NCBI GenBank assembly: GCA_964514565.1
Contig: CAZERA010000006.1
Span: forward strand, 1 to 47,879
DNA length: 47,879 nt
Source: an uncultured Candidatus Peribacteria bacterium
GTDB taxonomy: Bacteria > Patescibacteriota > Gracilibacteria > RBG-16-42-10
Direction: 5' to 3'
Shown: in pieces, positions 36,667-45,276 of the stretch
Layout of the letters: the number at the start of each line of letters is the position of its first letter
Position numbering within the stretch: the stretch's first letter is position 1
Notes under the pieces: generated by a model
What the model saw: the letters and a program-made list of their open reading frames with translations, nothing else
The model's database searches: none
What the model was told of the DNA's origin: nothing
Translations under genes and position numbers: made by a program

Positions 36667-37512
36667 ATGTCTATCACAATGAAAGACCTGCTCAAGGCAG
36701 GCGTGCACTTCGGTCACCGTACTCAACGTTGGAATCCTAAAATGAAACATTATCTCTACGGTAAGAGAAATGGTATTCATATTTTTGATTTGGAACAAAC
36801 TGCAAATAGACTCAATACTGCTTTGGCTTTCTTGTATGACCAGGCTAGTATTGGTAAGACTATTTTGTTTGTCAGCACAAAGAACCAGACAGCAGATATT
36901 TTGCCAACTGCAGCTAAAGCAGCTAATGCACCATTCCTTGGTAACCGTTGGCCAGGTGGTTTCTTGACTAACTACCCAACAATTAAGAAACGTATCCAAT
37001 ATCTATTGTCTCTTGAAGAAAACAAAGAAAGTGGAGAGCTTACTAAGAAATATACCAAAAAAGAAGCATTGATGTTTGAACGTGATATTTTGAAGCTCAA
37101 TGAAGTACTTGTCGGTGTAAAAACACTCAAGGGTTTACCTGATGTAGTATTTGTAGCTGATGCCGTACGTGATCAATTGGCTATTGTAGAGGCACACAAG
37201 ATGAAAATTCCTGTCGTGGCTATCTGTGATTCTAATTCTGATCCAGAGTTGGTTACTTATGTAATTCCTGCTAATGATGATTCACTTGGTTCACTCAAGA
37301 TCATCATCGATGCAGTAAGTGATGCTATCCAACAGGGTCGCAAAGCTTATGTGCCAGCAAGAGCACCTGAAAACAAGATGGCTGCTCCTCGTCCAAATGC
37401 TAAGCCTATCGAAGCTATCGAAGTATCTGCCGCAGCTATGGCTGAGAAAGATCAAGGTGAGAATCCAACTAAACCAGCTCAGGCTAAGAAAACTGTTGCC
37501 AAGGCTGCTTAA
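36667..37512 (+). CDS. rpsB: 30S ribosomal protein S2
   Basis: AGVHFGH, WNPKM, RWPGGFLTN, IPANDD. Confidence 0.98.
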   Translation: MSITMKDLLKAGVHFGHRTQRWNPKMKHYLYGKRNGIHIFDLEQTANRLNTALAFLYDQASIGKTILFVSTKNQTADILPTAAKAANAPFLGNRWPGGFLTNYPTIKKRIQYLLSLEENKESGELTKKYTKKEALMFERDILKLNEVLVGVKTLKGLPDVVFVADAVRDQLAIVEAHKMKIPVVAICDSNSDPELVTYVIPANDDSLGSLKIIIDAVSDAIQQGRKAYVPARAPENKMAAPRPNAKPIEAIEVSAAAMAEKDQGENPTKPAQAKKTVAKAA

Positions 37513-37540
37513 TAACAACTACTCTTAATAATTTTGTTTT

Positions 37541-38134
37541 ATGGCTATTACGTCACAACAAGTTAATTCTCTCCGTCAGAGAACTGGGCTCGGTATGATG
37601 AATTGTAAGAAGGCTCTAGAAGAGAGCGGTGGAGACGAAGAGAAAGCAATTGAGATTTTGCGTAAGAAAGGAATTGCTAAAGCTGGTGAAAAGGCTGACC
37701 GTGTTACTGCGCAAGGATTGGTAGTATCTTATATTCATCCAAACAATCGCGTAGGGACATTGGTTGAGATCAATTGTGAGACTGATTTCGTCGCTCGTAC
37801 TGAGGGGTTTCAACAATTTTGTCGCGATGTAGCTATGCATGTGGCAGCAGCTAATCCATTGCACCTCCTTCCAAGTGAAGTATCAGCTGAACTATTGGAG
37901 AAAGAAGCAGAGATCTATGCTGAACAAATGCGCAACGAAGGCAAGAAGGAAGAAATGATTGGTAAAATTGTAGAAGCTAAATTGAAAAATTTTGCTGAAG
38001 AAATTTCACTGATGACTCAACCTTATGTCAAAAACACGGACATGACTATTGAACAATATACAAAAGAAATGATCAGTAAGACTGGTGAAAATATTCAAAT
38101 TAAACGATTTGCTCGCTTTTCATTAACTGCTTAA
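37541..38134 (+). CDS. tsf: translation elongation factor Ts (short form)
   Basis: LRQRTGLGMMNCKKAL, EINCETDFVA, GENIQIKRFARF. Confidence 0.97.
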   Translation: MAITSQQVNSLRQRTGLGMMNCKKALEESGGDEEKAIEILRKKGIAKAGEKADRVTAQGLVVSYIHPNNRVGTLVEINCETDFVARTEGFQQFCRDVAMHVAAANPLHLLPSEVSAELLEKEAEIYAEQMRNEGKKEEMIGKIVEAKLKNFAEEISLMTQPYVKNTDMTIEQYTKEMISKTGENIQIKRFARFSLTA

Positions 38135-38138
38135 TTCT

Positions 38139-38813
38139 ATGCCCCCCCTACGTCATAGTTTACTAATCGGTAGTTGTTTAATGCTCAGTGCCTGTGGTAA
38201 TGCGGTTTCCCCTACTCCTACTGCTAGTACGAATGGTTATAGTACAGCAATGAGTACAGTAAGTCCGGCGGTTACTATTACTCCCACTCTTTCCCCTTCC
38301 CCCACTATGAATGAACAAAATCCTGTAGTCACTATGGAAACTAGTATGGGTACGATTAAAATCGAGCTCTATGCTAGCAAAGCACCAAAGACGGTGGCTA
38401 ACTTTGTAAAACTGAGCAATGAACATTTCTATGATGGTATTCTTTTCCATCGTGTAATTCCTGGTTTTATGGCTCAATCAGGAGATCCTAATACTAAGGA
38501 TGCTGATCCATACAATGATGGTATGGGTGGTCCTGGTTATAAATTTGCTGATGAGTTTGCGCCAGATCTCAGCAATGTGCGCGGTACAATTGCAATGGCT
38601 AATAGTGGACCAAATACCAATGGTAGTCAGTTTTTTATCAATGTAGTAGACAATACCTATCTTAACAACAAACACAGTGTGTTTGGCAAAGTAATCGCGG
38701 GTATGGATATCGTCGACAAAATTGTAGGAGTAGCTACAGTGACTAATGATCCTCGCCTACAAAATCGTCCAGTAAAAGATATTAAAATGGTAAAGGTAAG
38801 TGTCAAAGAATAA
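38139..38813 (+). CDS. cyclophilin-type peptidyl-prolyl isomerase, lipoprotein
   Basis: Lipobox LSAC, S/T/P linker, FYDGILFHRVIPGFM, AMANSGPNTNGSQFF, HSVFG. Confidence 0.93.
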   Translation: MPPLRHSLLIGSCLMLSACGNAVSPTPTASTNGYSTAMSTVSPAVTITPTLSPSPTMNEQNPVVTMETSMGTIKIELYASKAPKTVANFVKLSNEHFYDGILFHRVIPGFMAQSGDPNTKDADPYNDGMGGPGYKFADEFAPDLSNVRGTIAMANSGPNTNGSQFFINVVDNTYLNNKHSVFGKVIAGMDIVDKIVGVATVTNDPRLQNRPVKDIKMVKVSVKE

Positions 38814-38836
38814 GTCTTTCTTATTAATTTCACTTT

Positions 38837-39391
38837 ATGCACATTGTAATTCAGCAAGTTAAAAACGATATACAGAGCGCCGTTGAACACCTCAAACAAG
38901 AATATACTTTAGTACAGGCTGGGCGTGCCTCTGCCGCTTTGGTGGAAAATATCATGGTAGAAAGCTATGGGAGCATGATGCCACTAAAAAGTGTGGCTAG
39001 TATCAATACTCCAGATGCAAGCACTATTAGTATCCAACCTTGGGACAAGAGCATGCTTTCACCAATTGAAAAAGCAATCCAAGTAGCAAACCTGGGTCTC
39101 AATCCTCAAAGTAACAGTGGTGGTATTATTGTACCTATCACTAAACCTACTGAGGAAAAACGTAAAGAATTGGTGAAAGCTGTAAAACAAACTAGTGAAG
39201 AAGCGAAAGTACAGATTCGTACACTTCGTCATGACGCATTGAGCAAGATTAAAAAAGAAAAAGAAGATGGTCTATTACCAGAAGATCAATTCTTTCAAAC
39301 TGAGAAGGAGCTACAAAAATTGGTAGATGATGCTAATAAACTGATTGAAGAACTCGTTAGTAAAAAATCTGCAGAAATAATGACTATTTAA
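38837..39391 (+). CDS. frr: ribosome recycling factor
   Basis: GRAS, YGSMMPL, IQPWD, IEKAI, LGLNP, TEEKRKELVK. Confidence 0.95.
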   Translation: MHIVIQQVKNDIQSAVEHLKQEYTLVQAGRASAALVENIMVESYGSMMPLKSVASINTPDASTISIQPWDKSMLSPIEKAIQVANLGLNPQSNSGGIIVPITKPTEEKRKELVKAVKQTSEEAKVQIRTLRHDALSKIKKEKEDGLLPEDQFFQTEKELQKLVDDANKLIEELVSKKSAEIMTI

Positions 39392-39392
39392 G

Positions 39393-40511
39393 ATGTCGAT
39401 CGAAACGCTATTTAGCTTTTTGTGGCAATTGGGCAGTTTTTTAGTTGTCCTCAGTGTCCTAGTATTTGTTCATGAGCTAGGACACTTTTGGGTGGCTAGA
39501 AAATGTGGCGTAAGAGTAGAGGAATTTGCTTTTGGTCTACCGCCTCGCCTATGGAGTATTAAGCGTGGCAATACTGAATATGCGATCAATGCGATTCCTT
39601 TTGGTGGTTATGTCAGAATGTATGGTCAAAGTGATTTCTCTGCCAATGATCTAGAAAAAGAGCCGATGACTAGTGACCATTTTGAGGCCAAAACATGGTG
39701 GCAGAAGTCACTAATCCTTTGTGCTGGAGTAGCAATGAATATTCTACTAGCAATCGTGATCTTGTCGGTAGGTTATATGATCGGAATGAAGCCGATCATG
39801 CCTCAATCACCTCTTTTTGATCAAGCATTAGAGAGTCATGGGGTTGGTATCTACGAAGTACAAAAAGATTCAATTGCGGCTAAGGCTGGAGTGCCCTCTG
39901 ATAGTAAGATTGAGAAGATTAATGATGTTGCAATCAATGATTTGGCAACATTCAAACAAAACTTGTTGGCCTTGAAAGCAAAAGGATTTGCTTTGGATCT
40001 CACTACTGACAAGGGGCCTGTACACGTGAATATTCCTCCAGTAGCTGGTAGTGATTTAATTGGTATTGGCTATAGTGAAAGTATGATGCTCAAGACTATC
40101 AAGCTGCCATTTGGCCAAGCGATATATTATGGAACCCAAGATACATTTATTGCCTTGCGCGAGACTTTTATCGGTTTTGGTAGACTGGTAGGGACACTCT
40201 TTACCCAAGGTAAAGTAAGCGATGAAGTGACTGGTCCTGTGGGTATTTTTAAGATTACTGCTGAAGTGAGTAAGAGTGGATTTATTCCCCTGCTACAGTT
40301 GATGGCGATGCTTTCAATTAGTCTGGCTGCACTAAATATTTTACCTTTTCCTGCACTAGATGGTGGTCGATTGCTATTTGTATGGCTAGAAGCAATCTTT
40401 AGTAAAAAATGGAATAAAGTAATCGAAGGCAAAATACATTTGGTGGGAATGGCTTTGCTTTTGCTCTTTATGGTGAGTATTACTCTCCGAGATATTCTCA
40501 AACTGTTTTAA
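39393..40511 (+). CDS. rseP: RIP metalloprotease RseP (M50, PDZ)
   Basis: HELGH, IPFGGYVRM, AGVAMN, GPVGI, NILPFPALDGG. Confidence 0.93.
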   Translation: MSIETLFSFLWQLGSFLVVLSVLVFVHELGHFWVARKCGVRVEEFAFGLPPRLWSIKRGNTEYAINAIPFGGYVRMYGQSDFSANDLEKEPMTSDHFEAKTWWQKSLILCAGVAMNILLAIVILSVGYMIGMKPIMPQSPLFDQALESHGVGIYEVQKDSIAAKAGVPSDSKIEKINDVAINDLATFKQNLLALKAKGFALDLTTDKGPVHVNIPPVAGSDLIGIGYSESMMLKTIKLPFGQAIYYGTQDTFIALRETFIGFGRLVGTLFTQGKVSDEVTGPVGIFKITAEVSKSGFIPLLQLMAMLSISLAALNILPFPALDGGRLLFVWLEAIFSKKWNKVIEGKIHLVGMALLLLFMVSITLRDILKLF

Positions 40512-40608
40512 TTCTTTAATTAAGATTAAAGCTAGTTAAAAGTATTTTTGACTTATAGTTTAGAGCTCTTTATAAATAAGGGTGTTTTTAATTAATGCTG
40601 AATCAAGC

Positions 40609-41055
40609 ATGAAAAAAGAATCACTACTGCGGCGAGGCTTGAAGATTCCAGACAAGCACGCCTTTTGCCGGCGCTTAATAATCGATATTTGTGAGGGAAA
40701 GACAGAGTTCATGGAAAGAAAATTCTATGAACTCTGTTTTACTTTATACGCTCGTTTTTGCTGCGAGCAACTGAGTCCCCAGCTGATTTATCCTTATTTT
40801 GTATTGATAAGAGAGATGTTTGATACCCGGCCTGACATCATGACCAAAAGCATTGAAAACATTATTAATTTTGGTTTACAACTGAGTGACTTTGCTCAGT
40901 ATAGTGAAAACTCATTGCAACTTTCGCACATTATGTTGCAGATCAATGCCGCCATTACCCAATGGCAGCATCAGCATCATATTTGTAAGTACTGTGGCCA
41001 TACACTTGATCTATTGACTGAAAAAATTGTAGAGCCGACTAAAGTGCTTTCATAG
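40609..41055 (+). CDS. hypothetical protein with C-terminal HHHICKYCGH
   Basis: About 150-aa ORF filling the intergenic space; possible metal-binding tail. Confidence 0.6.
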   Translation: MKKESLLRRGLKIPDKHAFCRRLIIDICEGKTEFMERKFYELCFTLYARFCCEQLSPQLIYPYFVLIREMFDTRPDIMTKSIENIINFGLQLSDFAQYSENSLQLSHIMLQINAAITQWQHQHHICKYCGHTLDLLTEKIVEPTKVLS

Positions 41056-41103
41056 CGAGCAGAGATTGCCTATACTATTGCAGTCGATTCACTTCAACTT
41101 CAC

Positions 41104-42237
41104 ATGCTACATACCCGTCAAAAACAGGAGTTTTATCTTATCATTGCCTTAATTGCATTCGGTCTTTATCTGACCTATTTAATCTACTCGCCTTTCTTGT
41201 ATGACTTTTTGATAGCTGCATGTTGTGCTGCTATTTTTCGACCACTTTATGTTTATCTGGAAAAAAAGTTTAATGGAAAGAAGAACCTAAGTGCTAGTCT
41301 CTGTACAATTTTGCTTACAATCATTGTGGTAGGGCCAACGACACTACTAGTAAGTGCCCTGACAGCTGAGTCACTCTCTACCTACAATCTAATCAAAGAT
41401 CAGATCACATCTGGCAATATCCAACGTCTTTTTGATCTCAATCGTTATCCTTGGCTTGGTGATGCAATGCAGTATCTGAGCAAATATGTAGATATTAATA
41501 GTTTTGATATTAAAGGTCCACTAGCTGATCAAGTAACCAATGTATCACTCTGGATATATCAAAGCGGAACTGATTTGCTAGCCAGTGTGTCACTGCTATT
41601 TTTGCACTTCTTTTTCATCGCTTTGATGTTTTATTTCTTGGTAAGAGATACTAAAACTCTCATGCGCGAAGTGGCTAAATTTAGTCCCTTTTCTTTTCAT
41701 AACCAACAAATTCTTAGTCAGAAATTTACTGATGTTAGCCAAGCAATTCTCAAAGGCACATTCTTAACAGCATTTGTACAAGGCTTGATGCTGACAGTTG
41801 GCTTCTTAGTATTGGGTATACCTGGTCCTCTTTTCTGGGGATTTGTCACTATGTTCTTTGCTTTGATTCCAATGGTAGGAACAGCTATTATTTGGCTGCC
41901 AGCTAGTATTATTTTGATTATAGCTGGTAGTTATGTAAAAGGTATTTTACTCCTTATCTGGGGAGCATTGATTGTAAGTACAATTGATAATGTCCTACGT
42001 CCTTATGTAATGAGTGATAAGGCTCATCTGCCTGCTATTGTGATTTTCTTTGCAGTCCTTGGAGGTATTGGAGTATTTGGTACTATCGGTATTATTATTG
42101 CTCCTATGTGCACAGTATTGCTGTTTACGCTACTGGAGATGTATGGTCATCATCTGCGTCATTTAGAAAGCGAAGAAATGAAAGACGATGGCATGAAGCC
42201 GGTCCATACTGACGAAGTGCATGTACATGTTGAGTAG
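41104..42237 (+). CDS. AI-2E family transporter
   Basis: YFLVRD, ALIPMVGT, IDNVLRP, GGIGVFGTIGIIIAP. Confidence 0.92.
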   Translation: MLHTRQKQEFYLIIALIAFGLYLTYLIYSPFLYDFLIAACCAAIFRPLYVYLEKKFNGKKNLSASLCTILLTIIVVGPTTLLVSALTAESLSTYNLIKDQITSGNIQRLFDLNRYPWLGDAMQYLSKYVDINSFDIKGPLADQVTNVSLWIYQSGTDLLASVSLLFLHFFFIALMFYFLVRDTKTLMREVAKFSPFSFHNQQILSQKFTDVSQAILKGTFLTAFVQGLMLTVGFLVLGIPGPLFWGFVTMFFALIPMVGTAIIWLPASIILIIAGSYVKGILLLIWGALIVSTIDNVLRPYVMSDKAHLPAIVIFFAVLGGIGVFGTIGIIIAPMCTVLLFTLLEMYGHHLRHLESEEMKDDGMKPVHTDEVHVHVE

Positions 42238-42757
42238 TGGCATAGCCTTTGTGTTTGGCAAAACCATACTGAGGGAATTTCAAGTCTAGCTCACACATCA
42301 AACGATCTCGACTTACCTTGGCTAAAATAGACGCGGCTGCAATGCTAATACTGATCGCGTCTCCATGGATAAGGGATTTTTGAGTGATACCTGGCATAGT
42401 AATATTCACTGCGTCTAATAAAAGAAAATCTGGTTTGATGTTCAACTTTTTGACTGCTTGCAACATTGCTCTTTTGGTCGCATTCAAAATATTAATCTTC
42501 TCAATCATCGCCACTGGGGCATGAATGACACTGTAGCTAATAGCATGCTCGACAATATAATCGAAACAGAGCTCCCGGTCTGCTTCACAGACTTTTTTGG
42601 AATCATCAACCAAAGGGAAATCAAAGTCTTGAGGTAAGATAACAGCCGCAACAGTGACAGGGCCAGCTAATGGCCCCCGACCAGCTTCGTCTATCCCTGC
42701 AATATGCTGGAATCCAGAGCTCCAGAGAACTGATTCATGTAAAAAAGAAGCGGACAT
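42125..42757 (-). CDS. rnhB: ribonuclease HII
   Basis: GIDEAGRGPLAGPV, DSKK, IAAASILAKVSRD, HKGY. Confidence 0.96.
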   Translation of the reverse strand: MSASFLHESVLWSSGFQHIAGIDEAGRGPLAGPVTVAAVILPQDFDFPLVDDSKKVCEADRELCFDYIVEHAISYSVIHAPVAMIEKINILNATKRAMLQAVKKLNIKPDFLLLDAVNITMPGITQKSLIHGDAISISIAAASILAKVSRDRLMCELDLKFPQYGFAKHKGYATTQHVHALRQYGPASCHRLSFLRFLNDADDDHTSPVA

Positions 42758-42793
42758 CCTTTTAATAAAATACGAGGATACTATAGCCAAGTA

Positions 42794-42828
42794 AGATCAG
42801 AGATACGAGAGCTAAGATCAGAGATTTT
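42794..42828. repeat. heptamer-periodic element, flavour 3
   Basis: AGATCAG AGATACG AGAGCTA AGATCAG AGATTTT. Confidence 0.65.
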
Positions 42829-42954
42829 GGTAAAGGAGGATTGATTTTAAAATTCATATTGTTTGTCTGTCTAGTCTATGTAGGTGGCATGACCTACGTT
42901 TTTTGTAGTGAATTAGTTTATACTAGCTAGATAACAAAAATAAATATACATCCC

Positions 42955-43539
42955 ATGTCCCCCTCTTCATCTTCTGTGCTCGTGCCTAGTATGACCAAGC
43001 TTGAGGTAAGTTATAATTTGCAACTTACTATTCCGACCATGAGCCAAGGTATGGTGACAGGTCATCATCTTAATTCTTATGTGGGATGGGGTGAGGAATC
43101 TTTTTTGGCAGAAAGACAAGAACTAGATACAAGCGGTGAAGTGCTTTGGCATATCAAGCGCACACTAGCAGTATTCAATGATAGCGAGGTACTACCTCAA
43201 GAAAGTACGATTATTTATCGTGATGGCACTATGGTAACTTCAAAGCGTACCTATACTGCAACTTTGAAGGCTGCCTCTGAAACTCTTTTGATCGATAATA
43301 TTGTGCAAATGTACAAGACATATAGTTATAATGAAAAGAACAAGATGGTAGCAATCGATCAGACTATTTATAAAACTAATGGCGATTTCTCTCGTCGTGA
43401 GGTTTATACTTTGCAAATCAAAGATGGTAAATCAGTAATGCAACGAGTTGATTTTGACCAGAAAGGGAAAAAGATTGCAAATTACCCTGATGTTTCTACC
43501 AAGGAATTGATTCCTTCAGGTGTAGTAATCGACGTCTAG
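42955..43539 (+). CDS. hypothetical beta-rich protein
   Basis: 194-aa ORF with repeated Y/F-x-x-x-G turn patterns. Confidence 0.7.
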   Translation: MSPSSSSVLVPSMTKLEVSYNLQLTIPTMSQGMVTGHHLNSYVGWGEESFLAERQELDTSGEVLWHIKRTLAVFNDSEVLPQESTIIYRDGTMVTSKRTYTATLKAASETLLIDNIVQMYKTYSYNEKNKMVAIDQTIYKTNGDFSRREVYTLQIKDGKSVMQRVDFDQKGKKIANYPDVSTKELIPSGVVIDV

Positions 43540-43602
43540 TATGAGAGATGAGGTTGAAAGATAGTACTAAACCAACTATGGTTTGCTAGTACTTATAGAC
43601 CT

Positions 43603-44046
43603 ATGGCTATTATTTTGGTGCGATTTGGCAAGGTGCGTTCAGCATTTCTCCAACCAGCAGAGGCTCACTATGTCGACTTGTTGAACAAAGTAAAAGTACC
43701 GTTGGAGATTAGGAATCTCAAAGGTAAAGATGATAAGAAAGCTGACACCCAGTTGATTGTAGAAAAGTACAAAGACGAAGCCAAAGTATTTTTGTTAGCG
43801 GAAAAAGGAACGATCTACGACTCAGTAGAGTTTTCTAAATTGCTCACACCAGCACTATCCAATCATGACCCAGTTTATTTTATAATGGGAGGACCATTTG
43901 GCTGGCAGTATGATTTGCTACCTAGTAATTTTAAGCTGCTGAGCCTCTCTCCGCTCACATTCCCTCACGAGTTGGCATCAGTGGTCATCCTGGAGCAAAT
44001 CTATAGGGCTAATAAGATAATGAAGGGGCAGGAATACCACTACTGA
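43603..44046 (+). CDS. rlmH: 23S rRNA pseudouridine1915 methyltransferase RlmH
   Basis: GK, FIMGGPFG, LSLSPLTFPHEL, LEQIYRA, YH. Confidence 0.94.
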   Translation: MAIILVRFGKVRSAFLQPAEAHYVDLLNKVKVPLEIRNLKGKDDKKADTQLIVEKYKDEAKVFLLAEKGTIYDSVEFSKLLTPALSNHDPVYFIMGGPFGWQYDLLPSNFKLLSLSPLTFPHELASVVILEQIYRANKIMKGQEYHY

Positions 44047-44127
44047 ATTTAGGTCAGAGGCTCGTCCCGCATGAGCGGGATAAAGAGATCAGCGGGCAGA
44101 TGGTTTTTGAATTTAGTTGCTAGCTGT

Positions 44128-44985
44128 TTATTTTTGGAGGATGTTTTCTATGTTGGCTCCTATTTTTTCGGCGGATTTTTGGCTGTGGATGTAAACGGCT
44201 TGGGCTTGGTCTATGTAGCGACCTAGTTTGGTGACGTCTTCTTGCCAGGATTGAAATTGGGTATTGAGAGTGCTGAGTTGGACTAGGATTTCTTTGGTTT
44301 TTTGTTCAATGATTAGGGCGTTGAGTCCATGCAGGACGGTCTGTAGATAAGCAAAGAAACTGATTGGAGAGACTAAAATTACTTTTTGTTGGAAGGCGTA
44401 ATGAATAATGTCTTCTGCTAGTAGGTGTTCCATGACCCCTTCAGCTGGCACGTACATGAATACAAAGGGAGTAGTGTCATCAAATGGACTGATGTATTGG
44501 CTGGTCTCATCAATACGTAGTTTTACGTCTCGCATAAATTCTTTTTCCCTACCTTCTTTACTGAAATTTTCTAGAGGGAATTTAGCATCGATGGGAATGT
44601 GCATGTCTTGGAAGTGGATCACAGCATCTACGATCGCTCCATTGCTCATGCGATATTGCATTTCAAAACTAGCGGCAGGCAATATTTCGCGTAATTGTTC
44701 GGCCAAAATAAACTCCCCAACGATCCCACGACGCTTAGGATTTTTGAATATAGCGTCTAGTTGTTGTAGTTGTTGCGTAAGACCTAGCACTTGGCGCTGG
44801 GAGTGTTCAATTGATGCAAGTTTCGAACTAACATCTGCTACTAACTGACTATTGTTTCTCATATGTTCAGACGTCATCTGCACTGTCTGACTGACATCCG
44901 TCTTCATTACCTGATGAATTTGTTGCACACGAAAGAGAAGATAGATCAGTAAAGCGGCTATAACTAAAACAATAAAAAGTTCCAT
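44128..44985 (-). CDS. rmuC: DNA recombination protein RmuC
   Basis: NPKRRGIVGE, VDAVI, IPIDAKFPL, FMYVPAE, LVSP. Confidence 0.92.
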   Translation of the reverse strand: MELFIVLVIAALLIYLLFRVQQIHQVMKTDVSQTVQMTSEHMRNNSQLVADVSSKLASIEHSQRQVLGLTQQLQQLDAIFKNPKRRGIVGEFILAEQLREILPAASFEMQYRMSNGAIVDAVIHFQDMHIPIDAKFPLENFSKEGREKEFMRDVKLRIDETSQYISPFDDTTPFVFMYVPAEGVMEHLLAEDIIHYAFQQKVILVSPISFFAYLQTVLHGLNALIIEQKTKEILVQLSTLNTQFQSWQEDVTKLGRYIDQAQAVYIHSQKSAEKIGANIENILQK

Positions 44986-45017
44986 GTTATATTGATAATA
45001 TCGTTTTTAGCATAACA

Positions 45018-45155
45018 CTTGGGAGGTAAAAAGTAAGATGGAAGAGGTAAGAAATTGTATGGGCTTGGGTGTCCGCAATTGCGGATTGATGTACCTAGGT
45101 GCTCATATTATGATTAGCTGCTTTTTAATGCTTCCCTTTTACTTTTTACCTCTTC
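45018..45155. repeat. heptamer-periodic inverted element, flavour 1, with central palindrome
   Basis: Left arm GAGGTAA AAAGTAA GATGGAA GAGGTAA GAAATTG; core TCCGCAATTGCGGA; right arm (reverse complement) GAGGTAA AAAGTAA AAGGGAA GCATTAA AAAGCAG. Confidence 0.78.
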
Positions 45156-45213
45156 AGCCAAACAAAAGATTGTTTTAGGAAAGTAATTGGCCACAATCAA
45201 ACTATCAGCCAAC

Positions 45214-45252
45214 AAAAAAGCCGCCCCCTATTTCTAGAGAAGCGGCTTTTTT
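45214..45252. terminator. bidirectional intrinsic terminator after the surface-protein gene
   Basis: AAAAAAGCCGC...GCGGCTTTTTT. Confidence 0.8.
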
Positions 45253-45276
45253 ATTACGAACGTTGACTAGTGAAAA

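Noticed and set aside
36411..36999. Upstream tpiA extension and 172-aa antisense ORF
   Set aside because: They overlap the rpsB promoter, leader and CDS; TPI homology begins at MHIVANWK.
43538..43565. Possible further purine-rich heptamer array (AGTATGA GAGATGA GGTTGAA)
   Set aside because: Periodicity is too weak to call by eye.
16825..45155. Heptamer arrays as a CRISPR array
   Set aside because: No repeat-spacer alternation and no cas genes.
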